Positions 24,872 through 26,669 of a stretch of 26,669 bases of DNA are shown here, in pieces (the first letter of the stretch is position 1; the number at the start of each line of letters is the position of its first letter). Position numbers and translations under genes: made by a program. The notes under the pieces are model-generated. The model was not told the origin of the DNA. It ran no database searches and was given only the letters and a program-made list of their open reading frames with translations. This stretch comes from Bugula neritina (taxonomy: Eukaryota; Animalia; Bryozoa). The stretch spans positions 1 to 26,669 of the forward strand of contig CAXIUT010000290.1 of assembly GCA_964035545.1 (NCBI GenBank), written 5' to 3'.

Positions 24872-26454
24872 TCAAACAGGAGGCAAAGGACTACGACAAG
24901 TAGGACACTCCAACTTAACTTCAATCCACTGTGATAAACACTCCTCATGAAAATGATGCTTGCATGGAGTAGTCATCACTGGTACTTCTTGCTGTAAAGA
25001 GCTATTCACTAAACTATCATCCAAATCAGAAGCATTAATAGTTGTACGTGGTTCCTAGAAAATATTTTGCAAACATATTGTGCATTAACAATCTCTATTA
25101 GTGTCATCTTGCTTTAGTTTTTGTTTATAGTTGAAGTAATTTGGTTGGAATCGTTTGGGTACAAAAAATCTAGAACCTAATCTTGACTGTAAGTACAAAA
25201 GCACCACCTAACTAACAATATAAATACTTCAAGGACATAGAGTGATAGAACTATTGAAATTAAGGTAATATTAGGACTCAAATGAAATCTATTCTAAGGG
25301 CATAGTCTTTAATAGAATGGAATGAGCAATCTAGTTCCAATAAATCCAAAAATATAGAAAGAATTGAAACCAGGATTATTTCCCATTCGAACGTTATGTA
25401 TAATCTGAGGAATCAAAATCATATTTCTCAAGATAATCATCCACTAATCATTACTAAAGAAGTATATAAGAGTTAGATATAAGAATAGTCCTAGGTCTAA
25501 ATTAAAAACAAAGTACAAAATTGAATATAGAAAGATGTCAATTTTTTTCTCAATAACTGAGGATTTTCAATATTTCTAAGGTTATGACTTCTCCACACCA
25601 AAAATAACATTTTCATATCGAATATAATAAATAACACGATATAGGCCAAGGCAGGCATGATGAAAAACAAATAACCACTCTGAATAGAACAATTTATATA
25701 CCTCAGAACCCATGATATATTGAATATGACTCATAGTTTGAGAAAAATCTTCAATATTGCACAAAGATAAAGTCAATAATGACATCTTCCCGCTAAAAAC
25801 AAAGTTAGGAGCATCCATAATACGAACCAATACATATCCAGCATAAATTTGAATAGCCACCACAAAACTGATAAACAAACTGTATGTCAGCGTTGATAAT
25901 ATCTTCATTGGATGATATGTACCTGGTCATAGTACTGAAGGCTAGACTTAAACTCAAAATTAATACCTGTCATATGGATATCAATCGAAACATCCTCGTA
26001 GTCTTCAGTATCCAAACCATTAAAGACAATACTCGTCGATACATGATCAACTTAATCTAATTTATTTAGCAATTACAAGTATCCTAGATGCGTTCTTTCC
26101 ATATAGTAGTATAAGTAATATGATGATCAGTATTATTCCATTCACTACCATCACCAATATCGATTATTTCCTTGACCTCGATGAGAACCATCCGACCATC
26201 TTAATATCTTGGATCCATGACGAAGATATCTAGGCTATTGATCACATCTCGATTCGATTGACCGTAGAAGAAGGCGACTAACCTGCCTTCTCGTCCTTCT
26301 AGATAATCAAAAGTATTCTTTATCGTAACTGAAGTACCATCTCTTGAAATGTTTAGTAATCTCCAATATACTATCGAGCATTTATTATATCCACAGGAGC
26401 ATTGTCACCCAGAAGAGGGACTGCAAACAAGAGGATCAAAATGAAAGAGGACAT
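24872..26454 (-). CDS. Tul1/FLY-like transmembrane RING-H2 E3 ubiquitin ligase (~486 aa)
   Basis: Signal peptide MSSFILILLFAVPLLG; multipass region with IPQIIHN and LQSRLGSRFFVPK; C-terminal CTIC...MTTPCKHHFHEECLSQW...CPTCRSPLPPV-TGA. 20-nt introns at 25208, 25497, 25947, 26057 and 26318, and a 22-nt intron at 25680-25701. Confidence 0.92.
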
Positions 26455-26600
26455 TAAGTAATTCTTATAGAGTTATTATTATATTATTAGCACTTTAAAT
26501 AGGAATTTACATACTTTTTATTATTAATCTTATAAAATTTATAATTTCTGATATTTTCAATGAATACCAATCAACTTAATTACTGTTTTAAAATTATTTT

Positions 26601-26669
26601 GGGGTTGGGGTTGGGGTTGGGGTTGGGGTTGGGGTTGGGGTTGGGGTTGGGGTTGGGGTTGGGGTTGGG
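26601..26669 (+). repeat. Terminal telomere, (GGGGTT)11 GGG
   Basis: Perfect G4T2 repeats to the end of the window, G-rich strand 5'->3' toward the end as expected for a true chromosome end. Confidence 0.98.

Noticed and set aside
17182-26600. A shared chromosome-breakage motif upstream of the three telomere addition sites
   Set aside because: The flanks are simply AT-rich; no convincing common motif is visible in three examples.
1-26669. Standard ciliate code (TAR=Gln), or a split code with TAA and TAG meaning different residues
   Set aside because: Both codons fall on conserved Glu positions (TFIIS DE, GST ES, CCCH HGEE). A few Gln-compatible sites, such as MFS xFNLLY, are not invariant.

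Overview
AT-rich, gene-dense eukaryotic DNA from a ciliate macronucleus, most likely oligohymenophorean/peritrich-like. The supplied standard-code ORF track is largely misleading. Conserved motifs show that TAA and TAG both encode Glu (as in NCBI table 30). Every complete gene ends in TGA, and almost all introns are exactly 20 nt. About 17 genes can be read: GST-theta with SKL, tandem-CCCH protein, Cys-rich multipass surface protein, TFIIS, MFSD1-like transporter, CK2-beta, RING-CH/FHA E3, UBR1-like E3, SK-type K+ channel, Tul1-like E3 and several hypotheticals. The most striking signal is that several AT-rich genes, most convincingly the UBR1-like ligase, contain multiple in-frame TGA codons with no frameshift. 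One of these sits at a position resembling a conserved Trp. This suggests a code with no dedicated stop codon (UAR=Glu, UGA=Trp or stop depending on context). The window is also three chromosome-end fragments joined head-to-tail at (GGGGTT)n tracts that all end in TTGGG, possibly a library or assembly chimera. All translations were done by eye; no database searches were run.
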